Below, one piece after another: positions 1-10,609 of a stretch of DNA of 64,000 nucleotides. This DNA is from Magallana gigas (Eukaryota): positions 47,740,001-47,804,000 of the forward strand of contig NC_088859.1 of NCBI RefSeq assembly GCF_963853765.1, in the 5' to 3' direction. A model generated the notes under the pieces. That model made no database searches and was not told the origin of the DNA. It saw only the letters and a program-made list of their open reading frames with translations. The position numbers and the translations under genes were made by a program. Every line of letters begins with the position of its first letter. Positions within the stretch are counted from its first letter, which is position 1.

Positions 1-468
1 AGACTCGGTCCTCGGAACAAGGAAAAACCACGCGACATCATCGTTCGTTTTGTTAGATATCGAGACAAAGCCGTGGTTTATGCTAACAAAACCAACCTTA
101 AAGGGTTCAACACAAACTCCAATAACAGTTACAGAATCTTCATCAATGAAGCCCTTACGAAGAAGCGATCTATCATTTACGCCAGCGCCAGGCAGGCTGT
201 TCGCACCGGAAGTGCCAAGGGATGCTGGACTATCGACGGGAAGATTTTCGTTAAACGTAATGACGATAAACGGGTTTTGATCAGGACACAGGAAGACTTG
301 GACACTCTTGTCTCTCGTGCAGCAACGATGCAGGACGCGTACTGTGAATCTGACATTGAGGAAGCTACCGAATCTACCAATCAAACGCGCCGTAGCTCGT
401 ATTCTGACGTGGTGAAGAGTTTTCCTACACAAGATGACCGATCGAATGACTGCTTAAATCCTAAATAA
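1..468 (+). CDS. LINE ORF1 C-terminal part (L1-ORF1-like RRM/CTD)
   Basis: Frame 1 is open from base 1: RLGPRNKEKPRDIIVRF...IFINEALTKKRSIIY...CWTIDGKIFVK, a typical LINE ORF1 C-terminus. Confidence 0.8.
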   Translation, partial: RLGPRNKEKPRDIIVRFVRYRDKAVVYANKTNLKGFNTNSNNSYRIFINEALTKKRSIIYASARQAVRTGSAKGCWTIDGKIFVKRNDDKRVLIRTQEDLDTLVSRAATMQDAYCESDIEEATESTNQTRRSSYSDVVKSFPTQDDRSNDCLNPK

Positions 469-1126
469 ACTAAATGTGTCTCAGATATGTGAACTTAACA
501 AATTTGTGTCTTCTACACCTATCTGTGTGATTCTACGATCGATAACTCACTTCACTAATTGCGGAACTGTGAACTAAGTGTATATATTTTTGTTTACACT
601 ATGTTGCATTACGTTATTCTCATAGTCATGCTATATTTAGCATTGTACTGGTCAGTAGGAACCGTCCAGTACACTTTTTGTTTTCTCCTTTCTGAGGAGC
701 AATCAATCACTCCAGTCTTTTGTACATTTATTTTTGGTGTTATTGATTTTTCATTACACCATCTGTTTTATATAACTCATATTTTTTTCATTTTTTTTCA
801 TATTTACTACAGTCTAACGCAATACGTTTATGCGTTATTTAACTACCTTTGTATATTGTTATTTACCTTTTGTTTTGTCATTGTGCACATACATTTTTTA
901 TGCTATTACTTTCACCCCTACGTTTTGTTTATCTCTTTTGTTGAACAATATTTTGTCAATTGTCATATTGAGGTATCGTCATTTTCATTTGAATACCTTC
1001 ATTCAGCTGTAAGTTTACTACTAGTGGTGTATCTTCCGGTTTTTGGTCTTATTCATTACCCATATACGACACATTATACAGATTGCAGCCATCATTTCCC
1101 CCCTATTGTTATCAAACAGTTAATCA

Positions 1127-4100
1127 TTGACAATGGGTAATTCATTAGAACAATACCGTGCTGCAATCGGTAACTTCTATTTTTCATGCAGATGTGTATG
1201 CAGAAGTGTTCTGGTCAATTTTTTTGGTTTCTCATTTTTTTCTAAGATCTTTATGTTTCGAAGTATTTGTCTTTTTGCATTAGCTATGAAACACTTAAGC
1301 CGTCACATTGTCGTTTATAATTTCTATCTACAATTTTTCATGTTTCTTTTACTTCTCTGCGGTGATATTGAAGTCAACCCGGGACCTATTATGACCAATG
1401 TCCTTGACATTTTACATTTGAACATTCGCAGTATTAGAAACAAAGTCGCGAATCTTAATACTATAGTGCATGATTTTGATATACTTTGTTTTACCGAAAC
1501 ACATCTAGATCGTAATGTTACTAACGAAAGCTTAATGTTAGATGGATTTAACACTATTTATCGCAAGGACAGAAATTGTTTTGGGGGAGGGATAATGATA
1601 TATTTATCAGATTTATTACGAGCAATAAGGCGTCCTGAATTCGAAACAACATGTAATGAAAGCATATGGATAGAAATTGAAAGCCATACCTGTAGTTATT
1701 TTCTATGTTGCGTGTATCGACCCCCAAATTCCGACGGAAATTTTTGGACCAGTCTTTCTTGGAGCATTGAAAAGGTCGGGGAAATCACAGACAATATCAT
1801 TATAATAGGCGATCTAAATGTTGATTTGTTAAGTATTCCACAAACTCATGTAATTCACGATATTATGTCCAACGGAAACTTTGTTAACAATATCAATGAA
1901 CCCACTCGTGTCACAAACACTTCGAGCACACTCATTGACCTAGTTTTGTCAACACCGGCTGTAAAGGTACACGAGTCCGGCGTACTTAACATAGACTCGT
2001 CCGTTAGCGACCACAAGGCTATTTATATTTCCTTCTCCATCGACATTGAACTGAATCGTGCATACGAGCGTAATATTTGGGTATATAAAGATGCAGATTT
2101 TGAAAAATTAAACTCTCTAATTTCCAACTGCGATTGGGATATTACAATTAACAGCGCTCCAAATATTGATGCGGCAGTTGCACAGTTTACTTCAACATTT
2201 ATGGCATATGTTAGTGAATGTGTACCCGAAAAAACTATAACCATACGCCCCCGCGATAAACCGTGGTACGACTCGATGCTTCGTAAAACTATGAGAATTA
2301 GGGACCGCTTACGAAACAAAGCTTTAAGAACCAATAATGATGCCGACTGGACAAAATTCCGACACGTTCGCAATAAAGTAAATAATATGAAAAAACACGC
2401 TATAACTAATTATTATGATAATATTGAATCTGCATTGCATGATAGTAGTAGGAATGGTAAAATATATTGGAAGTTGATGAAAGATTTATTCAAAGTTAAA
2501 GCAACAACTGAAATACCCCCATTGCAATTCTTTGAAAATGGACAACCTACATTAGCCTTTTCAGATATTGAAAAAACAGAAACTTTGAACAAATATTTTT
2601 CATCAATTTCAAATATTGAATCTGCGAATCGTTCATTACCAAATTTATACTATATGTGTAATAATTTTTTTTCAGATATTCACATAGAGGTTCAAGAAGT
2701 TTTTGACATTATATCAATCTTGCCCGTTAATAAGGCTATTGGCCCTGATAATATTAGTCATAGAATGTTGAAATATACAAAATTTTCCATTTCAAAACCT
2801 TTATGTATGCTTTTTAACAAATCACTTGTTGAAAATTCATTTCCAAATTATTGGAAAATAGCTCATGTTCTACCGCTCTTTAAGAAAGATGATCCATCTG
2901 TTACAAGTAACTACAGACCGGTATCCCTGCTAAGCTGTGTCAGCAAAATTATGGAAAGGATAATTTTTAAGCACGTTTATAATTTCTTTCACGAAAATAA
3001 TTTATTCTATAAATACCAGGCAGGTTTTTTGCCTGGCCATTCCACGGTATTCCAACTATTAGAAACATATCATAGCATTGTCAAAAGTATAGAAGATGGG
3101 AAAATGTGTTGCATGATTTTTTGTGATTTGTCTAAAGCTTTTGACAGGGTGTGGCACGAAGCCCTAATTTTTAAACTTCAAACTTATGGTATAAGTGGGC
3201 ATCTTTTACAATGGTTTAAAAGTTACTTAAGTGATAGAACACAAAGGGTAATGTACAAAAACAAGTTATCATCAACGTTATGTATCAATGCTGGTGTTCC
3301 ACAAGGGTCAGTATTAGGACCACTTTTATTTCTTATTTACATTAATGATGTAGCAACGAATATGTTATCATTTTGTAGACTTTATGCTGATGATAATTCA
3401 TTACAGCATTGTGATTTATATACTAAAAACATTGAAATTGTATTGAACCATGATCTGAAAATTCTCAGCGATTGGTCTGACAAGTGGTTATTGAAATTTA
3501 ATCCGTCTAAAACAAAAGCTGTTTTTTTCACTAAGAAACATGTAGAAGAATTTCCTAAGTTATTTTTTCAAGGGTGTCAACTGGACTATGTTTCAACCCA
3601 CAGACATCTTGGTTTACTTTTTTCTAATGATTTAAGTTGGTCTCAATATATTAATAATATAGTAAACAGTGCATACAAAAAATTAGGACTTTTGAAAAAA
3701 CTTAAGTTTACTCTAGGTAGAACTAATTTATCAAAAATGTATATCACGTTTATTAGACCAGTTCTTGAATATGCTTCTGTAGTATGGGACGGTTGCAATA
3801 TGTTTGACATGGAGAGATTAGAAAAAGTTCAATTAAGTGCTGCAAGGATTGTTACTGGTTTACCCATTTTAGCATCTACAGATTCTCTCTACACAGAAAC
3901 TGGCTGGGAATCTCTGGTCAGTCGACGAAATAAGGCTAAATTAATAACCATGTTTAAAATTCATACAAATCAAGTACCTGAGTACTTGAGCAATATTATT
4001 CCTCCCGTAACAAAAAATGTCTCAAAATATCACACAAGAAATAGCGAAAATTATAGTGTTCCAATCAGCAGATTAGAACTTTACAAAAAATCTTTTGTAC

Positions 4101-4546
4101 CTGACACCATTCGGAAATGGAATTCTCTCAAATTAGAAGTTAGGGAAGCAACGTCTCTCAACATATTCAAGAAAAACATTACTGAAAGTATTCCTCAACC
4201 TCCAAAATATTTTTCATTTGGTAAACGCACTATTAATATTTTACATACCAAGTTGAGACACAACTGTATTTTGAATTATGATCTGTATAGAAGAAACATT
4301 ATTGAATCATCCAATTGTATTTGTGGTCAAAAGGAGGATATTTATCACTTTTTCTTTGTATGCAAGAATTATGTAAATGCAAGAAACAATCTTTTTGAAT
4401 TACTTTTTAATAGGCTTGATGAAACAATTTTAATTAACTCACATTTGCTTCTTTGGGGTAGTGACAATTTGTCTTACAATACAAACTGCTTTATTTTTTC
4501 AGCAGTTCAAAAGTTCATTAATGAGTCTGGAAGATTTAATAATTAA
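1127..4546 (+). CDS. LINE ORF2: 2A peptide + apurinic endonuclease + reverse transcriptase
   Basis: APE motifs HLNIRS, FTETHL, GDLN, TLIDL, SDH. RT motifs KAIGPD, YRPVSLL, DLSKAFDRV, GVPQGSVLGP, YADD. C-terminal CICG..ED..HFFFVC. 1139 aa without stops. Confidence 0.97.
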   Translation: MTMGNSLEQYRAAIGNFYFSCRCVCRSVLVNFFGFSFFSKIFMFRSICLFALAMKHLSRHIVVYNFYLQFFMFLLLLCGDIEVNPGPIMTNVLDILHLNIRSIRNKVANLNTIVHDFDILCFTETHLDRNVTNESLMLDGFNTIYRKDRNCFGGGIMIYLSDLLRAIRRPEFETTCNESIWIEIESHTCSYFLCCVYRPPNSDGNFWTSLSWSIEKVGEITDNIIIIGDLNVDLLSIPQTHVIHDIMSNGNFVNNINEPTRVTNTSSTLIDLVLSTPAVKVHESGVLNIDSSVSDHKAIYISFSIDIELNRAYERNIWVYKDADFEKLNSLISNCDWDITINSAPNIDAAVAQFTSTFMAYVSECVPEKTITIRPRDKPWYDSMLRKTMRIRDRLRNKALRTNNDADWTKFRHVRNKVNNMKKHAITNYYDNIESALHDSSRNGKIYWKLMKDLFKVKATTEIPPLQFFENGQPTLAFSDIEKTETLNKYFSSISNIESANRSLPNLYYMCNNFFSDIHIEVQEVFDIISILPVNKAIGPDNISHRMLKYTKFSISKPLCMLFNKSLVENSFPNYWKIAHVLPLFKKDDPSVTSNYRPVSLLSCVSKIMERIIFKHVYNFFHENNLFYKYQAGFLPGHSTVFQLLETYHSIVKSIEDGKMCCMIFCDLSKAFDRVWHEALIFKLQTYGISGHLLQWFKSYLSDRTQRVMYKNKLSSTLCINAGVPQGSVLGPLLFLIYINDVATNMLSFCRLYADDNSLQHCDLYTKNIEIVLNHDLKILSDWSDKWLLKFNPSKTKAVFFTKKHVEEFPKLFFQGCQLDYVSTHRHLGLLFSNDLSWSQYINNIVNSAYKKLGLLKKLKFTLGRTNLSKMYITFIRPVLEYASVVWDGCNMFDMERLEKVQLSAARIVTGLPILASTDSLYTETGWESLVSRRNKAKLITMFKIHTNQVPEYLSNIIPPVTKNVSKYHTRNSENYSVPISRLELYKKSFVPDTIRKWNSLKLEVREATSLNIFKKNITESIPQPPKYFSFGKRTINILHTKLRHNCILNYDLYRRNIIESSNCICGQKEDIYHFFFVCKNYVNARNNLFELLFNRLDETILINSHLLLWGSDNLSYNTNCFIFSAVQKFINESGRFNN
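1343..1387 (+). other. 2A-like ribosomal skipping (StopGo) sequence LLLLCGDIEVNPG/P
   Basis: Exact D(V/I)ExNPGP match with a hydrophobic upstream helix, just before the APE domain. Confidence 0.85.
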
Positions 4547-5450
4547 ATTCCTTTTTGCTTTTGCTTTCTATACTGTACATTAACGTTATCTACTATATAT
4601 TTGCAATTACTTTGTAAATGTATGTCCATGAATTTAATTATTATAAAGTCAATAACTATAAGTAACATGTAATATTACATGTACTATGACAATTGTATAT
4701 ATTGTATGTATTATCATTAGGAGAGGAACTTGTAAGTTGTAAGAACTTGTTTCCGATCCTTTTGTGTTACTTACACAATAAAATATGTTCAAATCAAAGA
4801 GTTTTTGCAAATGTTTCAAATTTACAACACTCTTTAACATATCTACAGCTTTATGCTTGCGGTATCAGGTTCAAATTCAATGAATAAACAAGAGTCATTC
4901 TTTATTTGCTCAATATATAATCATATTGTGGCAATATGAACAACATATTACATAAGTAAAATGATATTTATAGACATTTGGCATAATACAATATCAGATA
5001 ATTATGAAATAGAGAAACAGGATAACATGCGTAACAAAAAACAATTTATGAAATAATGTTGCTGTTTTTAAAAGCTAAATATAGATATATCCCAAGATTA
5101 CACAAATCTTTATAATTTTGGACACTTAATTTTATTAATTTATAAACAGATGATTTTTCCCAGTTATATTTCTTAATTTATTTTAATCGTATTTCTTTTT
5201 ACGGAGGACACTTTAAGACAAAAGATTGCTGTTGCACTTTATGGTCGAAGTTTCAAAGGGTTCATCTTTTAAATGCATCCATCTTCCGGGCTATACTAAA
5301 TAAATGTTTTGGAGGAGCAGTCAAAGCTTGGACTGGAAAATACTGTTTGACGATCTTTATCTTAGGATATATTAAGTGCAATAATAGATTAAATACATAA
5401 ATCTTGTATTTTCTATCAGTCCAAACTAATGTAAAGTGTAATTAATATAC

Positions 5451-5452
<2 letters not shown>

Positions 5453-5500
<48 letters not shown>

Positions 5501-5518
5501 GACAGAAAGAGAGAGAGA
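5453..5518 (+). repeat. (GA)n microsatellite
   Basis: Direct reading. Confidence 0.97.
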
Positions 5519-6025
5519 ATAAGTAAGATTATTTTCAAATGGGTTATAATATTGGAAGTGATATTGATTTTCATCATGGATGGACAGTGCATTCATTTGA
5601 CTTTTAAAGGTGCATGTCTGTCTCCTATTCTATTGTGACATATTGCGAAGGGAAGGGGATTGAGGTGTTTAGCACTTCTTATAACAATAGATTGTTTTGA
5701 TACTTAGATTATCCTGGGGGCATAGTGTGTTGTTGACACATTTCTTATTGAAGTGCAGACTAATTGGAGTAAAGTGTTTAAATGATTAAAAACTCTTAAT
5801 AACAACACTCTTAAAAATGTTATGAAATTGTGCTGTTATCTTTAGTAATATAAACAATTCAAAAATGAGTTTTAAAAAACCTTTTTTAATAAAACATGTA
5901 CAATTAAAACATTTTTTCTTAATTAGAATTATTTCTTTCTTCTTTAAAAATAAATTAAATCAAATTTAATTTCAACTATTCATTTATTCATCACATTTTT
6001 TAAAGTGAACATGCATAAATATGCA

Positions 6026-6204
6026 TAGTAATGCAAAGTAATGCCATGTAATGCCAGCATTACACTAGATTTTGGAAAGTAATGCATTACATTAGCATTA
6101 CTTGTAATGCTAATTTTGAGGCATTACACATTACTAGCAGTACTTTGAAAACATGTAATGCATTGCAATGCATTACCATTACATTTAGCATTACCCCAAG
6201 CCTG
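6026..6204. mobile_element. Terminus of a non-autonomous DNA transposon with GTAATGC/GCATTAC subterminal repeats (hAT-like)
   Basis: Multiple GTAATG(C) motifs in both orientations, ending ...CCCCAAGCCTG (CAGGCTTGGGG on the minus strand). Other end not identified. Confidence 0.45.
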
Positions 6205-7297
6205 CTTACAATCATATATGGTAAATGTTCAGATAATTATTTAATATTTAATTAGTATCCCCTGTCTTTTATACACATAATATCAATAATATTCTTTAAA
6301 TTTGTAATATCATATTCTTATGCCCATAGATAATTTCTTCTTGACTTTGTATGTTTGAAAGGGTTAACATAGGCTTATCTGTTATCCAATCCATTCAATA
6401 ATTTGAACATTCCGTTCAATAAAACACGTTTAAATTAACAATGTAGGTGCCTGTGATAGGAAAGTCAACCATCTACTCCAACGCTGTTGTATAATGTTGT
6501 ACAAAATTCAAAAAATGTAATTAACCTATTTATTGACGAAAACAATTACTGTTAGTAAATTTATTTTAAATATTTGTGATCAAAGCAATTTAGAAACAAT
6601 TAAAGCAAAATTATTTTATTGTCATCCTGTACAAAAATTAAGTTGCTAACTTGTTACAGATTCCATGAAGCAGAATTGTTTATGCCTAGAAAAATTAGCG
6701 ATTTGATGATATTTAGTTACATCAGAAGTTATCCTATAACGGAACAAATATAACACTAAAAAATATCGGCTTCCAAGATATATAGTTACTACAGCATTGT
6801 TCACGAAAGAGTTCATGTTAACGTATCATCATTTTGTAAACTGTTATTTGCTTTATGGGCGTGAATACAACATTTTAACAAACTGAGTGGGTGCAAATAA
6901 ACACAAAATTCTCAACATGATATACTGTTAATTTTGTATTTTCACCCGCAGAAAATATACAATGAACAATAGCAAAGTTTAAATTTATTGGGTGAATGTA
7001 AAACCAAAATTAAACAATATGACGTACTGTAATTTTTAAATTATTTCTATGTGTACACTTCTCCAGTGAATTTAAAAAAAGAAGTTTTTTCTGAATTGAA
7101 TAGTTTAACGTGTAACCATGTATACAAATATTTTTTTAAAAACATATATTTTTTAAAAATATATAGATATCACACAAAACAGCAATTATATGCGTAAAGC
7201 AGAATAAATATGTAAAAACTGATAATTTTTAATTAAATAAACTCAAGTTATAAACATTGATTCGTTAATTTGTGCTTCTTTGCTGTTGAATTTTGAA

Positions 7298-7443
7298 CCG
7301 GTTTCATGATCAAAATTCCACGTTGCGGGTCAATTTTCAACGGATTGGGGTCTTTATTCAACAACTTTGGTCTCAATATTCAACGTGGAAAAATGAACCC
7401 CGGGTCAATTTTCAACCCGGGTCAAAATTCTTCGTTACACCGG
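7298..7443. mobile_element. Short MITE with GGGTCAATTTTCAAC internal repeats and CCGGT(G)T termini
   Basis: Starts CCGGTTTC, ends TTACACCGG. Internal repeats of GGTCAA(A/T)TTTTCAAC(G). Confidence 0.55.
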
Positions 7444-7453
7444 TCAGAATAGA

Positions 7454-7533
7454 CATTTCCGCTAGCCAAGGGTTTACAATCCACTCTGCTCCTCTGGACA
7501 GATTGGATTGTAAACCAGTCGCTAGCGAAGATG
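7454..7533. mobile_element. 80-bp fold-back MITE (CATCTTCGCTAGC family) with 9-bp TSD
   Basis: Termini CATTTCCGCTAGC...GCTAGCGAAGATG. Flanks CAGAATAGA (7445-7453) and CAGAAAAGA (7534-7542). Same termini as the element at 16942-22826. Confidence 0.8.
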
Positions 7534-7600
7534 CAGAAAAGATTGCGCACATAGTCTTTGTTTTTGATTTAATGACGCTACTGACGCTCCATAATCAGGA

Positions 7601-7614
7601 GTGAAACGAAAGTA
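7601..7614 (+). promoter_or_regulatory. IRF/ISRE-like motif upstream of the Ro60-like start
   Basis: GTGAAACGAAAGT, about 62 bp before ATG 7676; two GAAA cores with 1-nt spacing. Motif match only. Confidence 0.3.
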
Positions 7615-7675
7615 CTAGTACCCAAACTGAACGAAGTCGTAAACCTGACAATCTAACCTGACTGCAAATGTTAAC

Positions 7676-7800
7676 ATGGAAGGTCTGTCTAATATAGATG
7701 CATGGAAGTACTGTCTTAGAAAGTATTTATGTTTGGGGACATTTGAAGGATTGCTGATCTCAAATAACACCAGCATTGACCTGGAAAAATGTATCGACAG
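7676..7800 (+). CDS. RO60: Ro60-like gene, coding exon 1 (missed by the ORF track)
   Basis: MEGLSNIDAWKYCLRKYLCLGTFEG...DLEKCID aligns with the Ro60 N-terminus (RLHRFLCFGSEGG). Ends AG|GTGAG; 125 nt (phase 2) matches exon 2. Confidence 0.82.
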
Positions 7801-8578
7801 GTGAGAATTACGTACCTTAACCTACAGTAGGCTACAGGAAGTCAATGTCCATTTAATTAAATGTACTCATTAATTCATAAGTTATTTATATAAATATAGA
7901 GATTAGTTAAACAAACTTCAATTCCTTCCCTTTTGCTGATTTAAATTTTAAAAAAAACCAATCGGATCCATGTCAATATTTTGAACAATGTTCGACAACT
8001 CTCTTCAAAATACCGGTGGTCTAAAAATTGAGTAGTTCATCAAACTAAATTGCATTCTCATTCTCGATTTTTTTTTTTGGTTATTTGTTGGGTGTGATCA
8101 AATATGATCATTTTTAAAAATTGTCTCTCTAATATTTTATTTATTAAAAAAATTCTGGCGGTTGACAAAAGAGTCAAGTTACAAGTGAGATATGCGCGGC
8201 AAAAATATAGATGTCAGATTCCGAAGACTCGTGCCATTAATTTTGTTTGTTAATACATGTGTAAATACTTTGAGAAAAGCTTCATTTATACATTTTTAGT
8301 GATAGCTATTGTATCAAGAACATGATGCATGCTTTGTGAATGCTACAGCCGCATTAACGTGGTAATTATTGTTGATCAATGAACAACTCAGCTGTTGGAT
8401 TCTGAAATATATATTTCGATGTACATACAGAATTTTGTGGTCTGTAACAACAACTATTTCAGAAGTGAATATAATAAAATCCACACACATACAGCTATGA
8501 TTCTCGCATTAAATGTTTTAAGATATTTGAATAAAACTAGTTTCGGAATTTAGCGCCAATCATGCGCGCTTAAGTGAC

Positions 8579-8671
8579 TGTTATTTTGTAAGTAATGATG
8601 TGTGAGGGGTTCTACCAGTTATAGTCTATAACTGGTAGAACCCCTCACACATCATTACTTACAAAATAACA
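8579..8671. repeat. Perfect 93-bp palindrome (46-bp arms, 1-nt spacer) in the Ro60-like intron
   Basis: TGTTATTTTG...GTTATAG-T-CTATAAC...CAAAATAACA; arms are exact reverse complements. Confidence 0.95.
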
Positions 8672-9087
8672 ACCAATCATATAACTCTCGCATGACCCAA
8701 AAACCTTTGATCTTTTTGACAATGAGTGTCAAACGTTGTCAATTCCAGTGATCTGTAATTCCCTATGTCTTATAGATGATGATGAGACTGGTGATGATTT
8801 ATGAATTAGTACATTAAATTGCAATATATATTATTATTATAAATATTCTATGAATAATTCACCCTGTGACATTTTATATTTTTTGAAGTTTTGTGACTTC
8901 TGACATTGAAAAATGGCCAAGCAAGCAATAAAAATATTAGTTAACCATTCTTAAAATTAAAGATCTAAAGATAGATTTTCACAATTCTAAGCTATAATTT
9001 TGTCCATACCTCAGTAAACAGTAAACAAAGTAATCTCAACTTTATCAAAAAGGGTTGAAATGCATATCTGAAGTTTTCATTTTTCAG

Positions 9088-10609
9088 CCTGATAGTTGAA
9101 AAGCGTGGCTGCGAAGTTGTAGAGATCCTCCAAAAGTTTCGCAGGGAGAACCGCACCCCGAAACGTGACGCCATCTTATTTGCCCTGGCAACTTGTTGCA
9201 GATGCTGCCACCTTAAAACTAAGAAAAAGGCGTACAAGGCTCTACCCGACATCTGTCAAAACCCCGCCGATCTTTTCCAGTTCCTTAGCTTCTACAGATC
9301 TCTAGGTGTGGGGAGTGGATGGGGACGGGCACACCGCCGGGCTGTCGCAGAATGGTACCTCGGCTACGAGAAGCAAGATGGCCAGAAAAAAGAGGAAGAC
9401 GAAATGAAAAAGATGGTGTACCACTTTTTTAAATATAAGTCACGTCATGGATGGAGTCACAAGGATGTTTTTCGTCTTTGTCATTTCAAAAAAGAAAATC
9501 TGGATAAAAAAGTGATGGTGAAGTATATGGTTTTGGTCTTTACAAGTCCCAAAAATGGCCGTGCTCGTGGTAAGGAGTGGTTAAATGAAGTGAAAGAGTC
9601 AACTCCGGTAGAAAATCACAGGAAGTTTGATGAATTGAAAAATTTAGTTGAAGAGTACAGTAAAGCACAAAAAAGCAAATCAATGACTGTTATAATTGAT
9701 TTGATTGATAAATACGACATACCAAGAGAGGTGGTTCCTAGTGAAATGCTGAACTACAAGAACGTCTGGAAGGCTCTTCTGCGCCAAATGCCTTTCACTG
9801 CGCTCATCAGGAATCTCGGAAAAATGTCAAACCTTGGTGTTTTTGAGAGAGGAAGTTTCGAGGAGAACTTAACCATTCAAAAATTAACAAACCCTGAAAG
9901 CATTCAGAATTCTAAAGTGCACCCATTTACTTTGTTGGTGGCGTTAACTCAATACAGGAAAGGTCGAGGTGAGCTTGGATCCTTGATTTGGGCTGTGAAC
10001 CCGTATATAAGCCAGGCCCTAGAAGATGCCTTTTATTTGTCCTTTGAGTCCGTCAGTACTGTAGAAGAGAAAAGTTACCTGATCGCCGTTGACCTCAATG
10101 GTGCAATGAATGCTCCAGTGATAGGATCGCCAACGATATCGGCACTTGATGCGGCTGCTGCTCTCGCCATGGCAACCGTCAGGTGTGGTGACCAGTGTAG
10201 CGTGGTGGCGTTCTCTAGTAAGGAGGGGACTCCTCTACAGGGCGTGGATGTGGGGGAGACGGACTCCCTACCGGACGTGCTCGAGAAGTTCGCCGTAATC
10301 AGTCCAGGGAAAGTAGATTGTTCACGTCTACTAAAGGAAGCCACGGAAGCCAAAAATGGCGGAAGTAGTGTTCTGCCCGAAACATCGTTTGATGTTTTTA
10401 TCGTTTACACAGGTTTTAAGACTGATTTTTCCAAGGACGCTGCTGATTTGTTACATGAGTATGACAAAAGTTCTCGCTTCGTTCTGTGTAGTTTGAGTAA
10501 TAGTTTGTTTCAAACGTCATTAAATCCGAAATTGCTTGAAATCGCTGGCTTTGATTCCCATACACCAAACATTATTAACGAATTTGTACGAGGGAGTTTT
10601 GAATGTTAA
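9088..10609 (+). CDS. RO60: Ro60-like gene, coding exon 2 (TROVE + vWA domains); spliced protein 548 aa
   Basis: Acceptor TTTTCAG| at 9087. LIVEKRGCEVVE, WGRAHRRAVAEWY, KYKSRHGWSHKDVFRLCH, REVVP, MPFTALIRNLGKMS, VHPF, YRKGRG, LEDAFY are Ro60 signatures. Divergent paralog likely. Confidence 0.93.

Larger units (their letters stand above)
1..4798 (+). mobile_element. CR1/L2-group non-LTR retrotransposon, 5' end outside window, ORF2 intact
   Basis: ORF1 C-terminus, 660-bp spacer, APE-RT ORF2, 3' UTR ending AATAAAATATGTTCAAATCAAA. A decayed copy of the same family lies at 25350-28117. Confidence 0.92.

Noticed and set aside
559-1140. 193-aa very hydrophobic ORF between LINE ORF1 and ORF2
   Set aside because: Starts at TTG, lies in T-rich low-stop sequence and has no motif; probably compositional. 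Would need conservation across family copies to be accepted.
1133-1150. N-myristoylation signal MGNSLE on the ORF2 leader
   Set aside because: Lacks Ser/Thr at position 6, and the start codon choice is uncertain.
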